DNA of 64,000 bases, from NCBI RefSeq assembly GCF_020745735.1, contig NC_083444.1:7694338-7758337 (forward strand), written 5' to 3'. Below, piece after piece: positions 1 to 12,599 of this stretch. Numbering within the stretch: the stretch's first letter is position 1; every line of letters starts with the position of its first letter. The notes under the pieces were generated by a model. The model saw only the letters and a list, made by a program, of their open reading frames with translations, was not told the origin of the DNA and searched no databases. This DNA is from Hemiscyllium ocellatum. Taxonomy: Eukaryota. Position numbers and translations under genes: made by a program.

Positions 1-1646
1 CCCACCCGATTTCCCATCCCCAATATGAGGTTGCGAGGACGAATAGATGGAGAGTGAGAGTGAATAAGGGTTAGAGAGGGAATTCCAGAGATTGGGACCT
101 AGACAGCTAAAGACACGGCCGCCATTGGTGGGGGGGAATGAAATGTATGAAGTCTGTCAGGTCACACTAGTGGAGCACAGAAACCATTGATAATAACGGA
201 GCTGCAGGAGGTTACAGAGATAAAGAGGGGTGTAGGGGCTGGAGGAGATGACAGAGATAGTGAGGGGTGTAGAGCTGGAGGAGGGGACAGATAGGGAAGG
301 ATAGGAGTTGGAGGAGGTTACAGACATAGGGAGGGTTTTAGGGGCTGGAGAAGATTACAGAAATAAGGAAGGGTATAGGGGCTGGAGGATTTATGGGTGG
401 GCAATAAAGGCTGGCTCAGGAAATGATGGCCACATCTGTGTGGAGGTTGTACATTCCCTCTGGATGCTCCGGTTTCCTCCCACAGTCCAAAGATGTGCAG
501 GTTAGGTGAATTGGCCATGCTTAAATTGTCAATTAGGTGCACTAGTCAGAGGGAAAAGGGGTTTGGGTGGGTTACTCTTTGGAGGGTCGGTGTGGACCTG
601 TTGGGCTGAAGGGCTTGTTTCCACACTGTAGGGGAATCTAATCTAATCTGCGTGAAGGCAGTTTTAGAAAAAATCTAGAAATATTGCTGTGGAAACAGAC
701 CGAATGCTTTCTGACAAACATCAGACCAGGACAGACTGGGAAGAATGCCAAAACATGAAGGGAAACACAATTTATACAGTTTGCAAAGGAAAATCTGACA
801 ATCCATGTAATGCTGAACCCCTCAGCTAATCATCTGGGTTTGAATCTCAGCATGGCTGATGCCAAAATCTAAATCTGTTTGATAAAATGATCTTGAATTG
901 CTGGGGGAGCAGCATGGAGACCACCCATGGAGACCTGATTCCGGACCCTCAACAATGGGCTTGATTCTAAACAGCCTCCTCGAACAGTTCCTAGCAAGTC
1001 CATGTTATCAAGGGGCAGTTAGGGATGGTCACCAAATGCCGATGATGTTGGGCAACAACTCTGTTAAGCTCCAGTGAATACGGACCCAACCCGACCATCT
1101 CTTCCTCATGTGATAAGCCCCTTCAAACTCAAGAGTCAGTCTGAGTGACCATAGGACCTTAAGATATGTCGGTAGAATTGGCCATTCCGTCTATCGGCTG
1201 CCATTGGCTGATAGGTTTCTCAACCGCATTCTCCCTGTAACCCTTGACTCCCCCTTACCAATCAAGAACCTATCTCTCTCTGAGTCATTGAGTTAAAGGC
1301 ACCCAATGACTCAGCCTCCACAGCTCTCTGCAGCAATGAGCTCCACAGAGTCACCACCCTCTAGTTGGAGACATTCCTCCTCATCTCAGTTCTAAAGGGT
1401 TGCCCCCTTCTCCCTGAGGCTGTGCTTTTGGGTCCTGGTCTCTCCTATTAATGGAAACATGTTTTCCACATCCATTCCATCCAGGCATCTCACCATCCAG
1501 TAAGATTTATTCAGTGAGCATTGTCACAACAACCTGGGTGTGTTTGGGGGCGGGGGTGGGGGGGGGGGGGGGGGGGGGGGGTTGTGATTGGTGGTGATGG
1601 TGGTGGTGAGGTGGGGTGCATTCTAACTGTATTCTGTTGTATTCAG

Positions 1647-1792
1647 AGGCAAACTCAGGCACCTGGGGGTTGACATGCGGTGTAATGATAACTCAACGAC
1701 CTATGCCCCTTTCAGTGGCAGACTGATAAAACGGGTCAATCCTTATAATAATGGCAATGCGATTGATAATGGAGTGATGATGAGAGGACAAG
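1647..1792 (+). CDS. LECT2: LECT2-like (M23 peptidase fold) internal exon, equivalent to exon 3
   Basis: Acceptor gtattcag at 1646, donor G|gtgaga at 1793. Translates (R)GKLRHLGVDMRCNDNSTTYAPFSGRLIKRVNPYNNGNAIDNGVMMRGQ(G). This aligns by eye to human LECT2 [20 protein letters not shown]...PYQNKNAINNGV and keeps the HxxxD zinc motif. Earlier exons were not found in 1-1646 and are presumably upstream of the window. Confidence 0.92.
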
Positions 1793-2528
1793 GTGAGACG
1801 CAGAGGGAGAGGGAGCGGACTGTCCCTCACAATGCACCCTCTCCATCTCCGTTTTACATCTGCCGCCTTTATCCTAAAGCTCTCATTCTAGCTTGCCCAG
1901 CATGGGGAAACATCCTCTCTACATTGACTTTGCTTGTCCTCTTTAGCATCTTATAGACCACAATTAGATCTCCTCTCATTCTAAACTGCACAGAGTATTG
2001 GCACAAACTGCTCAATTGATCCCTGTAAAACAGACCCTTCATCTCTGGAATTAAATCAGTGAACTGCCCCCAAAGCCTTGAGGAACTTTATTATGAGCTT
2101 TCTGTTCACCACTTTTATGTCTCTCATCAAATATACACACAAGATAATTCTATGACAATCCCAAATTCCACTGATAAGTAATCCACATTTTCAGATCTGA
2201 TTCATTGTGTGTTATTTAAAGTCACTTCAGCTTTTCCAGATATTCTGTGACAGTCTAGGCCATTGCTACTGGGTTATAGCATTCAATCACACTAACACAC
2301 ACACACAAACACACACAGAATCACACTAACACACATGCAGTTGCTCAATCACACACACACACACACAAAATCATACTAACACGCACACATACAATCACAC
2401 TAACACATACACACACACACAGAATCATGCCAACACACATGCAGTTGCTCAATCACACACACACACACAATCATACTAACACACATGCAGATGCACAATC
2501 ACACTAACATGCACACATGCAATCACGC

Positions 2529-2674
2529 NNNNNNNNNNNNNNNNNNNNNNNNNNNNNNNNNNNNNNNNNNNNNNNNNNNNNNNNNNNNNNNNNNNNNNNN
2601 NNNNNNNNNNNNNNNNNNNNNNNNNNNNNNNNNNNNNNNNNNNNNNNNNNNNNNNNNNNNNNNNNNNNNNNNNN
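2529..2674. other. Assembly gap (N) in LECT2-like intron, after a CA-rich repeat
   Basis: N run. Confidence 1.
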
Positions 2675-3225
2675 TATGCCATTGGATCATAGCTGATATG
2701 TTTCTCAACCTAATTCTCCTTCCTTTTCCCCATCCCCTTGATCCCTTTAACTAATCAAGAACCTATCTATCTCCAAATTAAAGACACTCAATGACTTAAC
2801 ATCTACTGCCCTGTGTTGCAATGAGTTCTACAGATTCACCATCCTCTGGCTGAAGCAATCCCTCTTCATCTTGGTTCATCCTTTCACTCTGAGGCTGTGC
2901 CCTCAGGTCCTAGTCTCTCCTACGAGTGAAAACATTTTCTCCACATGCACTCTCTCTCGGCCTTTCATTATTCTGTAAGCTTTAATTAGATCCCACCACC
3001 CCCATCTTTCTAAACTCCATCGGTACAGAGTCAGACTCCTCAACCATTCCTCATACGGCAGGCCCTTTGACCCCAGATAATTCCTGCGAACTTCCTCCAC
3101 AGCCAACATATCCTTCATTTAGGCCCGGCCCCCAGATTTGCTCATGATATTCCAAATGTAATTCTCTCAGCACTGACCCTGTCAGAATCCTCTCGGTTAA
3201 TGTCTCCTAATCTCTCTGACTGCGG

Positions 3226-3395
3226 GTTGCTGTGTGAAGATTTTCAATATTGAGCCTGATCGTTATTCTGGAGTGATCACCAAGGGTCAGAGGTTAGGGA
3301 GGCTGCTGAATGTTCAACGTGTTTACAAGGGGATAACCTCCCACGTCCACATCGAGATGTGCAACACCTCTGTTGACCCTACTCCTAACCTGTAG
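3226..3395 (+). CDS. LECT2: LECT2-like terminal exon (acceptor appears mutated; possibly a pseudogene allele)
   Basis: Phase-1 continuation gives [56 protein letters not shown] (TAG 3393-3395). It matches the human C-terminus GFCVKMFYIKPIKYKG...[22 protein letters not shown], including HxH. The expected AG at 3224-3225 is GG. Confidence 0.88.
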
Positions 3396-5496
3396 CTCCG
3401 GATTGGAAGTGGCACCCAGAGAGTTCCATAATTCTGATCTAATTCCGGCCACTCATTGATTCCAAACAACCAGTGGTGGAGACTGGGAAGAGGATGTGGG
3501 CTTTGTTTGGGGGGAATGAGGGGGGGGGAAAGGACTGAATCCAGTGGAGATTTCGAGAATGCAGCACATGGTGGAGGGGGAGGGGGGGCGGGGGATGAGG
3601 TCATCGTCTGGGATCTTCACCCTTCCCCCTTTTGGTCTGGAATCTCACATCTACTCCCGGAATGGGGCGAAATGAGGGCAAAAGCGGGCATAGAGTGGGT
3701 TGTGTTGCACCGTCTCGTGTCAGATGATGCCCTCCTGGACCTCTTCCGGTCTCTTCCCACTTTGGCTCAGCTCCTGAAGAAGGTGGGGGCTTTACAAGCC
3801 CACAGTTCACCGCCCAGAGGTGTCAACTATTCTGTGAATGTCCCTCCTTCCCCTCGGCAAACCCCTCACCAGAATCCAACACATCTCTTTTTCACCCCCC
3901 GATAACCCTTCCACCACCCCCTTCCCTAACCCACACCTCAGGGTCTGGCGTAGCTTGAACTCCAGCTCCCATTTTTAACTCCCTACACCCCACCCCTTTT
4001 CCACCATGTATCTGCTGCCATTGTCCTTCTAGGTGGTAGAGGTTGTGAGTTTGTGGATCTAAGGAGCCTTGGTGAATTGCTGGAGTGCATCTTATAGACA
4101 GTAGACTCTGCTGCCTACTGAGCATCAGTGGTGGAAGGAGTAGATACCTAGAGCCCTACAGATCTACAGCCCTGCAAAAGACCCTTTGGCCCATTGAGGC
4201 TGTGCCAGACAAAGCACAAACCCTGCTATTTATTTAAAATAAATCCCATTTTCCAGTACTTGGACCCACAGCATCACAAGCGCACACCCAGATTCTTCTC
4301 CAAAGTAATGAGGTTTTTTAGATTAGATTAGATTACTTACAGTGTGGAAACAGGCCCTTCGACCCAACAAGTCCACACCGACCCGCCGAAGCGCAACCCA
4401 CCCATACCCCTACATTAACCCCTTACATAACACTACGGGCAGTTTAGCATGGCCAATTCACCTGACCCGCACATCTTTGGACTGTGGGAGGAAACCGGAG
4501 CACCCGGAGGAAATCCACGCAGACACGGGGAGAATGTACAAACTCCACACAGTCAGCTTCTGGAATGTTTGTGGATGTGATGCCAATCAAGAGGGGGCTG
4601 CTTTCTCCCTGGAGGGTATCGAGCTTCTTGAGTGTTACGGGAGCTGCACCCATCCAGGGCAAGTGGGGAGTATTCCCTCACAGTCCTGACTGGTGCCTTG
4701 TCAATGGTGGGACAGACTTTGGGGAGTCAGGAGGTGAGGTGCTCCCAGAAATTTCTGACCTGCCCTTGTAGCCATTGTATTCATATGGAATCACCACATT
4801 TGTTCTCATCACTGATACACCCTAGCAGTAGGTTTAATGATGAAAATACTCGAAGATCAAAGGGAGACGGTTCGATTCTCCCTTGTTGGGACCTGGCTAC
4901 GGTAATGGTGCAAGTATCGCTTGCCATGTATCAACCCCAAACCTGAAGGTTGCCGTTAAAGTTCGGGCAATGAAGCATTCCATTTCCCTAAGCCTTGGTC
5001 CCCGTTCAGTTGGATCAAACCGATCCTGAATTTTTGGGAAGCCAAGACTGGATCCAGAATGAATGGACCTGGGGGGTGTGAGGAGGCAGGAAGGGGGATA
5101 TAATGAAGGTCATGGTGGGTGATGGGATAGGTCCCAGGTACGCCATATTCCCATAGGAAAAACCACCAATGATCCATGGCTACAGGGAAAACCAGCACAG
5201 TCCATTCTGAACCACAGCTTGATGTATCTCTCTTGTATGTTGAATGACAAATAAAGGAATGAAATGGTGTGCAAATTTACCTGCCCTCCGCCTCCCTCCT
5301 TGTGCTTTCTTGGCGATGTGCACACCTGAGTTTTGTGTGGATCCCTGCCTCCTCCACACAGAGATGTCTAGGCCATGGCACGCTGAGATAGGAGCACAAA
5401 GGCCATCTCTACATTGCTGTGTTCGGAGGGGTTCAGAGTTCTGCTGCATGTGAATTTCATGTAGGCCCAAGGTCATTGAGCAACCTGTGGCCAGCA

Positions 5497-5554
5497 ATGG
5501 ACATGAAACTCTCCAGTGTCACTGGAATCTGCCTCTAGCTGTTATTAACTCAAG
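5497..5554 (+). pseudogene. Nonsense-mutated duplicate of the receptor gene's leader exon
   Basis: ATGGACATGAAACTCTCCAGTGTCACTGGAATCTGCCTC TAG CTGTTATTAACTCAAG|gtaaag = MDMKLSSVTGICL*LLLTQ. It is colinear with 10973-11030, with a homologous acceptor (5464), donor and flanks. In-frame TAG at 5536-5538. Confidence 0.85.
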
Positions 5555-5589
5555 GTAAAGTAGAACAGGAGAAAACATCCTCCTTCCTT

Positions 5590-6075
5590 TCATAGTCAAC
5601 TAACTATCTGTCTGGCGGTCTGTCTATCTTTATCTGTCCGTCTATCTTTACCTGTCTGTATCTATCTCTATCTTTATCTGACTATGTCTATCTGTCTATC
5701 TCTATCTGTCTATGTCTATCTGTCTGTGTCTATCTGACTATGTCTATCTGTCTATCTCTATCTGTCTATGTCTATCTGTCTATCTTTGTCTGTCTATATC
5801 TATCTATCCATGTCTATCTGACTATGTCTATCTGACTATGTCAATCTGTCTGTCTTTGTCTGTCTATATCTATCTGCCCATGTCTATCTGACTATGTCAA
5901 TCTGTCTATATCTATCTGTCTATGACTGTCTGTCTATGTCTGTCTATCTGTCTGTGTCTATCTGTTTATGTCTATCTGTCTATGTCTATATCTATGTCAC
6001 TATCTATCTGTCTATCCCTGTGTCTATCTATTTATCTAACTATCTCTATCCATGTCTGTTTATCTTTCTCTCTCA
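5590..6075. repeat. (CTAT/CTGT)n compound microsatellite
   Basis: Tandem tetramers; a related tract follows the intact leader exon across the 11064-11200 gap. Confidence 0.9.
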
Positions 6076-6540
6076 CACTCTCCCTCTTTCTCCCTCCCTC
6101 TCTATCCGGATTATTTTCTCTGAAGGCAGATTGTGCAAGACAACCGGGGGGAATGGTGATGGCGAGACACTTAGTGAATTGCTCCTAAAGTGTCAGTATC
6201 GGCCAGCAAGCTGAATGGCCTCATTCCATGGTGGAACCATTCTGCACTTCTGTGAATGATCCATGACTGTGCGCTGAACACAAGTGAAGATCTTGGGATG
6301 ACTGACTATATTTGAAGTGTTTGAATCTTTGGTATATTGTTGGAAGTGTCAGAACTGATTTGTTCAGTTATTTTCCCAGTCTCCCTCCGGGCGAAAACTA
6401 CAACAGGGAGTGTCGAAGAAAATTCTTCCCAGGTTTCAAGTTTTATTCTGCCATGTGCAACAAGCCATAAGGATCAGAAAGATATGTTGGGTTTCACCGA
6501 ATGAACTGAGATATAACACAATAATGTTTACCTCTCACTG

Positions 6541-7485
6541 TCATAGAGTCATAGGGAAACAGACCCTTTGGTCCAACACGTCCATGCCAACCAGATATCC
6601 TAACATAATCTAGTCCCATTTTCCAGTACTTGGCCCATATCTCTCTAAACCCAGATGCCTATCCAGATGCCTTTTAAATGTTGCAATTGTACCAGCCTCC
6701 ACCACTTCCTCTGGCAGCTCATTCCATACATACTCCACCCTCTGTGTGAAAAAGTTGCCCCTTAGTTCCCTGTTATATCTTTCCCCTCTCACCCTAAACC
6801 TATGCCATTTCGTTCTGGACTCCCCTACCCCAGGGAAAATAACTTGTTGATTTGTCCTGTCCCTCATGATTTTGTAAACCTCTATAAGGTCACCCCTCAG
6901 TCTCCGACTGTCAGTTCCAGGGAAAACAGCCCCAGCCTATTCAGCCTCTCCCTGTAGCTCAAATCCTCCAACCATGGCAACATCCTTGTATATCTTTTCT
7001 GAATATTTCAAGTTTCATAACATTCTTCTAACAGGACGGAGACCAGAAATGCACGCAATATTCCAACAGTGGCTTAACCAATGCCCTGTACAGTTGCTCC
7101 CATACTCAATGCTCTGACCAATAAAGGAAAGCATACCAAATGCCTTCTTCACTATCCTATCTAATTACTACTCTAATTTCAAAAAACTATGAACCTGTAC
7201 TCCAAGGTCTCTTTGTTCAGCAACACTCCCCAGGACCTTACCATTAAGTATATAAGTCCTGCTATGATTTGATTTTCTAAAATGCAGCACTTCACATTTA
7301 TCTAAATTAAACTCCATCTGCTACACTTCAGCCAATTGGCCCATCTGATCAAGATCCCGTTGTACTCTGAGCTAACTTTATTCGCTGTCCAGACACCTCC
7401 CATTTTGGTGTCATCTGCAAAGTTACTAACTATACCTCCCATGTTAACATCCACATCAGTTATATAAATAATGAAAAACAGTGGG
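6541..7485 (-). mobile_element. CR1-type LINE 3' fragment (HER1-like)
   Basis: RT C-terminal peptide FFTQRVEYVWNELPEEVVEAGT and ctatgact-type tail. Confidence 0.85.
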
Positions 7486-10400
7486 CACAGCCTGGGAGCA
7501 TTTGATGGGGACAGTGTAGAGGAACTTTACACTGTATCTAACCCCATGTTGTCCCAGTCCTGGGAGTGTTTGATGGGGATAGTGTAGAGGGAGCTTGACT
7601 CTGTATCTAACCCCGTGCTGTCCCAGTCCTGGGACTGTTTGATGGGAATAGTGCAGAGGGAGCTTGACTCTGTATCTCACCCTATGCTGTCTGCAGTATC
7701 TTATTGGGCTCTGACCAGGGATCCCGTTCTCCTCAGTTCACTGTCGAACAGGACTTTGATCTGCAAATCGCACGTATCAGCAAAAGATGTGATCTGACTG
7801 TCATCTTGTTCCCATCTCATTGCCCTCACAGCGTCTCTCTTCATGGCTGTCTGGCCTAAGGGTGACGAAACTGCTGTGATGGGCTTGTTACCCTCTGGCC
7901 TGCAGCCAAGGCTGAGAGCTGCCAAAGGCAGCAGAATCCTAACAACTCGCCTGAGGCTTCACCCAAGTGCCAGGCCTTTGATTGCTCACCGCACTCGATC
8001 TCTCGATCTCTCACGCCAACAACACTGAGGCCCTTCATCTGCTGCTCCCTTCCCATCTGTATTACCCACCTCCTCACAATCCCCTCCCCTCATCTCCACC
8101 GAGGGAGAGTCGTTGTCCGAGGAGTTGTGAAGGATTCCTGCTCTTTCCGTCAGGCAATGGGCCTCCCTCTGAGGAGAGCATGTGGGACTAGCTGCCTTCA
8201 CCTCAATTCCAGCAGGGACCGAGATGGACTGAATGGCCTGTTCCTGTAGACCATATTGGAGACTGAGGTGATGGGTTCTGAGTGGGGAGCAATGCGACGC
8301 GATGGGCAGTGGAATGTTTGCTGTCTGCTAAACATTGGTTGCTCCACATTGACTGTGGGAAGGCTCAGTGGGCTGAATGGCCTCTTCTGTTTTGTAACCA
8401 CCCTGTCCTGTTGACCTGCAGTCAGCCAGGTCAGGAACTGACCCAGCCTGCTCTTGAAGGGACCCAGTCTCTGGGCTGGTCCGGACCTGACTACCCGCAC
8501 TGTGGGTTAGAGTGGCGTTCTGTTTTTTTAACTCCTAACCAAGCCACTCTGCTTCAGCTAGTAATGTGCCCTTTTGCTCTGTCAACAGTCAAGGCCCAGA
8601 GATTACTCATAGAAGGGGAAGTCAACAAAAGGAGGGAGGTCAATATTGTAGCCCTGTTGGTCAATGACTTTCTTGATAGTGGCCTCAGTTAGTGGTTCAC
8701 TGGGTAATGCAATATCAGTGACAGAAGATGTCAGTAATCAGCTATCCTTAAACCCCCACCCGGCTACCCCACCCAGGGTCACCTTTGCTGCCTGGCCATG
8801 AACTTACAGTCAAATGCTGCACACCCGCCCCAAAACCAACAGCCCCAACTCCGCTGCTATCACTTCTAACTGGTACCCAGGCTCCAGGTCTACTACAACC
8901 AAGACTTCCAGGCTCTGCTCCCAGGGTGTCACCTTGCCAAGAGACCTGCTCCAGCTGCCTTCCTCTGCAATGCTACTTTCTCTGCCAACAGGAAGAAGAT
9001 GCAGAAATGGAAAAGAAGGAAGACTGAAAGGGTAAGGAAAGAAGGGAAGAAAGCAGCCGGTCTGGAGAGGATGGATCAAGGAGTCTGATCACTGCCTATA
9101 TTGTGCCACCATCTTGGAAAACTTCTATGGTGCATCTGCAAAGATTGGTAAGCGTCATTGTGGATATGCCAAATTTTCTTAGCCCTCCAGAGGCATTGGT
9201 GGGCTTTCTTGGCTGTAGCATTGGTATCTGATGAAGGGCTTATGCCCGAAACGTCGAATTTCCTGCTCCTTGGATGCTGCCTGACCTGCTGCATTTTTCA
9301 AGCAAACACATTTTCAGCTCTGATCTCCAGCATCTGCAGACCTCACTTTCTCCTCCCTGTAGCATTGGTATGGATGGAACAGGATAGATCGTTGTTGATA
9401 TTTACTCATTGGAAATTGACACTCTCAACCACCTCCAACTCAGAACCATTGGTACACACACAGGAAGTGTCCACCACTCCACTTCCTGAAGTTTGTCTCC
9501 AACCCTTTCCTGAAGTCATAAGGCCTTAGTAGACTTTGGGAGGTTGGTTCCCCGATCCTAGGTTAACTGCGACATGGGCTGCTGAGAGGTTGGTCGACTG
9601 TAGAGGCATCATGGCTTAAACCTATCACTTTAAATCATCCCTTCCCCAATTTAAATGTCAAATATCAGAAAAAGAGAATGGTGCTTCGATAAAGTAGATC
9701 CTAAATGTAGAGCGAAGGTAGAATGTTCGGTTTGAACATTTGGGATACAAGATTGGCATTCAGATTTGGAACATAGAATTGAAGTGCAAGTTTGAGATGC
9801 AGGATTGAAACCCAACAGTTTCAAACTAGGATTGAGTTGTGGAGTCAGGATGTAAAATCTAGATTTTGGATAGAAGATTGAGATGTAAACTTCACCAGTT
9901 GGGAGGAAACATTGAGTTGGGGTTAGGACTGCAGATTTTGGATTGGGATTTAAGGTCAGGGTCCAGGGGTTATGAATTTGGATTCAAATGGAGAGTTGTG
10001 TTGTAAGTTAGGGATCTGTTTTTGTACATTTGCCCTGTTGGATTGGAAAATAGTAATGGGTCATGATTAGAAATTTGGATGTAGGCGAGGGATTTGGAAT
10101 GTAATTTGGAATACAGCATTGCAATGTTATGTTTGGATCCAGGTTTGGATGAAAGATTGGGGTCTAAATTTCAACTGTTGGATTGGAAAACATGGACGGC
10201 TTGAAAACATCAGAGATTTAGGATTGAGAGTTACATGAGGAATTTGAGTTTGAGTTTGGAATAGAGGGTTGCAATGTAAGATTGGGATGGAGGATTGTGC
10301 TGTAGCTTTGAAATATCAGGTGGGGGTGCTGGATTGGGAGGTGGGGGGGAGTAAGAGATATAGAGTTCAATGAAGGGATTTGGATTGGGATATGGGATTG

Positions 10401-10972
10401 GGACCATGTGTCTGGGCTATAGAATCAGGATGTAGGGCTAATAGAGGACGAGGAAGTGTGTGAGTGTGAGGGAATGGATCATTGGTGTGGATGGAACAGA
10501 ATAGATCGTTGGTGATATTTACTCCTTCGAACTTGACACTCAACCGCTTCCAACTCAGAACCATTGGTACACATGGAGATTTGGAGGTTAAAATTGTTGC
10601 ACTGGGAGCAATGTCAGCAAAGAAATTGATGGTGAGCTCGAAAGAGGATTGCAGAATCCATGGAGAGATTGTGTAAGACAAGATAAAAAAGCTTTGTCCT
10701 TGTGCAATCTGTCCTGGAATCAAAGTTAAATAGTTCTTCATGGCGACAGCAGAGACAGTGAGTCAGAATAAAACTACCCCAGCATGACCGACCTCATTGA
10801 CAGGGCTAATGCATGTCATACTGAGAATAGGAACAGAGTTCAGAGTTGAGGTCTTTCTGCACAGGACTCAGTTCCAGCCTGATTCCTCGCGGGTGATGGT
10901 TCTCCAATGTAAGACTCTGCTGTTTGTGAATTTCTTGCAGGCCCAAGATTATTGAGCAGCCTGTGGCTGGCG

Positions 10973-11030
10973 ATGAATATGAAGCTCTCCAGTGTGACTG
11001 GAATCATTCTCTTGCTGTTATTAATTCAAG
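10973..11030 (+). CDS. Signal-peptide exon of single-V IgSF receptor (gene 2)
   Basis: MNMKLSSVTGIILLLLLIQ(G) with phase-1 donor G|gtaaca. Upstream acceptor ttcttgcag at 10940. A perfect GTGAGT donor at 10758 may mark an upstream 5'UTR exon. Confidence 0.8.
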
Positions 11031-11063
11031 GTAACATGGAACAGGAGAAATCCTCCTCCTTCC

Positions 11064-11200
11064 NNNNNNNNNNNNNNNNNNNNNNNNNNNNNNNNNNNNN
11101 NNNNNNNNNNNNNNNNNNNNNNNNNNNNNNNNNNNNNNNNNNNNNNNNNNNNNNNNNNNNNNNNNNNNNNNNNNNNNNNNNNNNNNNNNNNNNNNNNNNN
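11064..11200. other. Assembly gap (N)
   Basis: N run. Confidence 1.
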
Positions 11201-12599
11201 TCTACCTATCTGTCTATTAAACTACCTTTCCGCATTTTTGTCTGTCTGTCTGTCTCTCTGTCCACCATCTATCTAATAACCAAGAGAACTGCATATGTTA
11301 TAAATCAGAAATAAAAACAGAACTTGCTGGAAAAGCTCAGCAGGTCTAGCAACATCTGTGGAGAGAAATCGGAGATAATGTTTTCGGGATGAATGACTCT
11401 TCCTCAGAATTAACTCTAACCTTAGTCTTAACCTTAAACTTAACCCTAAAACTTCTGAAGAAAGGTCACTCAACCCAAAACATTAACTCTGATTTCTCTC
11501 TACAGATGTTGCTAGACCTGCTGAGCTTTACCAGCAATTTCTGCTTTTGCATCCATCCCTCTGTCTGTCTCTCTATCTGTCTAATTTATCTATCCAGCTG
11601 CTGTTTAGGGCATAGTTCAGTTTAGTTAGCTCAGTTGGATGGATAGTGGGTTTATTGCATATCGTACTACCATAGAGTTACCATGAAGGATAATCCTTCT
11701 GAACTGCCCCCCTCACCTGAGATGTGGTGACCTCCAGGTTAAACTTCTGCAAGCTTTATATCTCTCTCTAATGAGTCATGTGGTGCCTTTACCTCCCATC
11801 TACCTTCAAAAGTATCACTATTGCTGAGAAGATATCAGCATTTTAAAAATGAGAGGCAACATCTTAACACAAGTTTTCCTCATATTTTTGTCTTGTCATA
11901 TTTTGTAGATCTGTCAGTCTATTTAAATATCCATCTTATCAACATTTCTTTAACATTTCATATTGCCATTTTTACCTCCAAAAGAAATTCAACACTCAGT
12001 CTGGCTCTCTCCATCTCTAAGTATTTTTATGGCTGTTCATTTTCTCTCTGTCTCTCTTTCTCTCTCACTGCTTCCCAACCTGTCTTGCTGATATGAATCT
12101 CTCTCTACTTTCCTGGTTTGATCTTTGTTCACCTCGGGAATTTCCTGTTCTGCCTCCGTGAGAGTGCAATGGGACTGGGGTCAATTGAGTTATCCAAGAG
12201 GGAATTGCGTTGTGTTACTCAAAAGGCAGGAAGTGCAGGATTACAGGAGGAAGGTGATGGTGAGACACCTACGGAAAGCCAGTATGGAGCCGACAGGGTG
12301 AATGGCCTCCGTCTGTGCAGGAACCATTATGTGCTTCTGTGAAGAGGAGCTTTATCTGCATGTACCGCTATGCTATCCCTGTCCTGGCAGTTTTGAGAGG
12401 CATTCCTGATGAAGGGCTTATGCCCGAAACATCGATTCTCCTGCTCCTCGGATGCTGCCTGACCTGCTGTGCTTTACCAGCCAACACACTCTCGACAGTG
12501 TAGGCAGAACTTTGTTGTCAGTTTAAAAAGGTAGAGGGAACTTTATTTTCAGTTTTAAAAAGTAAAGTAAGCTTTACATTCAGTTTACTTGCAGTTTAA

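Noticed and set aside
3456-3905. 149-aa ORF downstream of the LECT2 stop
   Set aside because: No recognisable domain or splice context, and it begins at a non-ATG codon; likely 3'UTR or intergenic chance ORF.
8810-9031. Possible decayed TM exon ending RKKMQKWKRRKTER|gtaagg
   Set aside because: Good donor and basic cluster, but no continuous hydrophobic segment in any frame.
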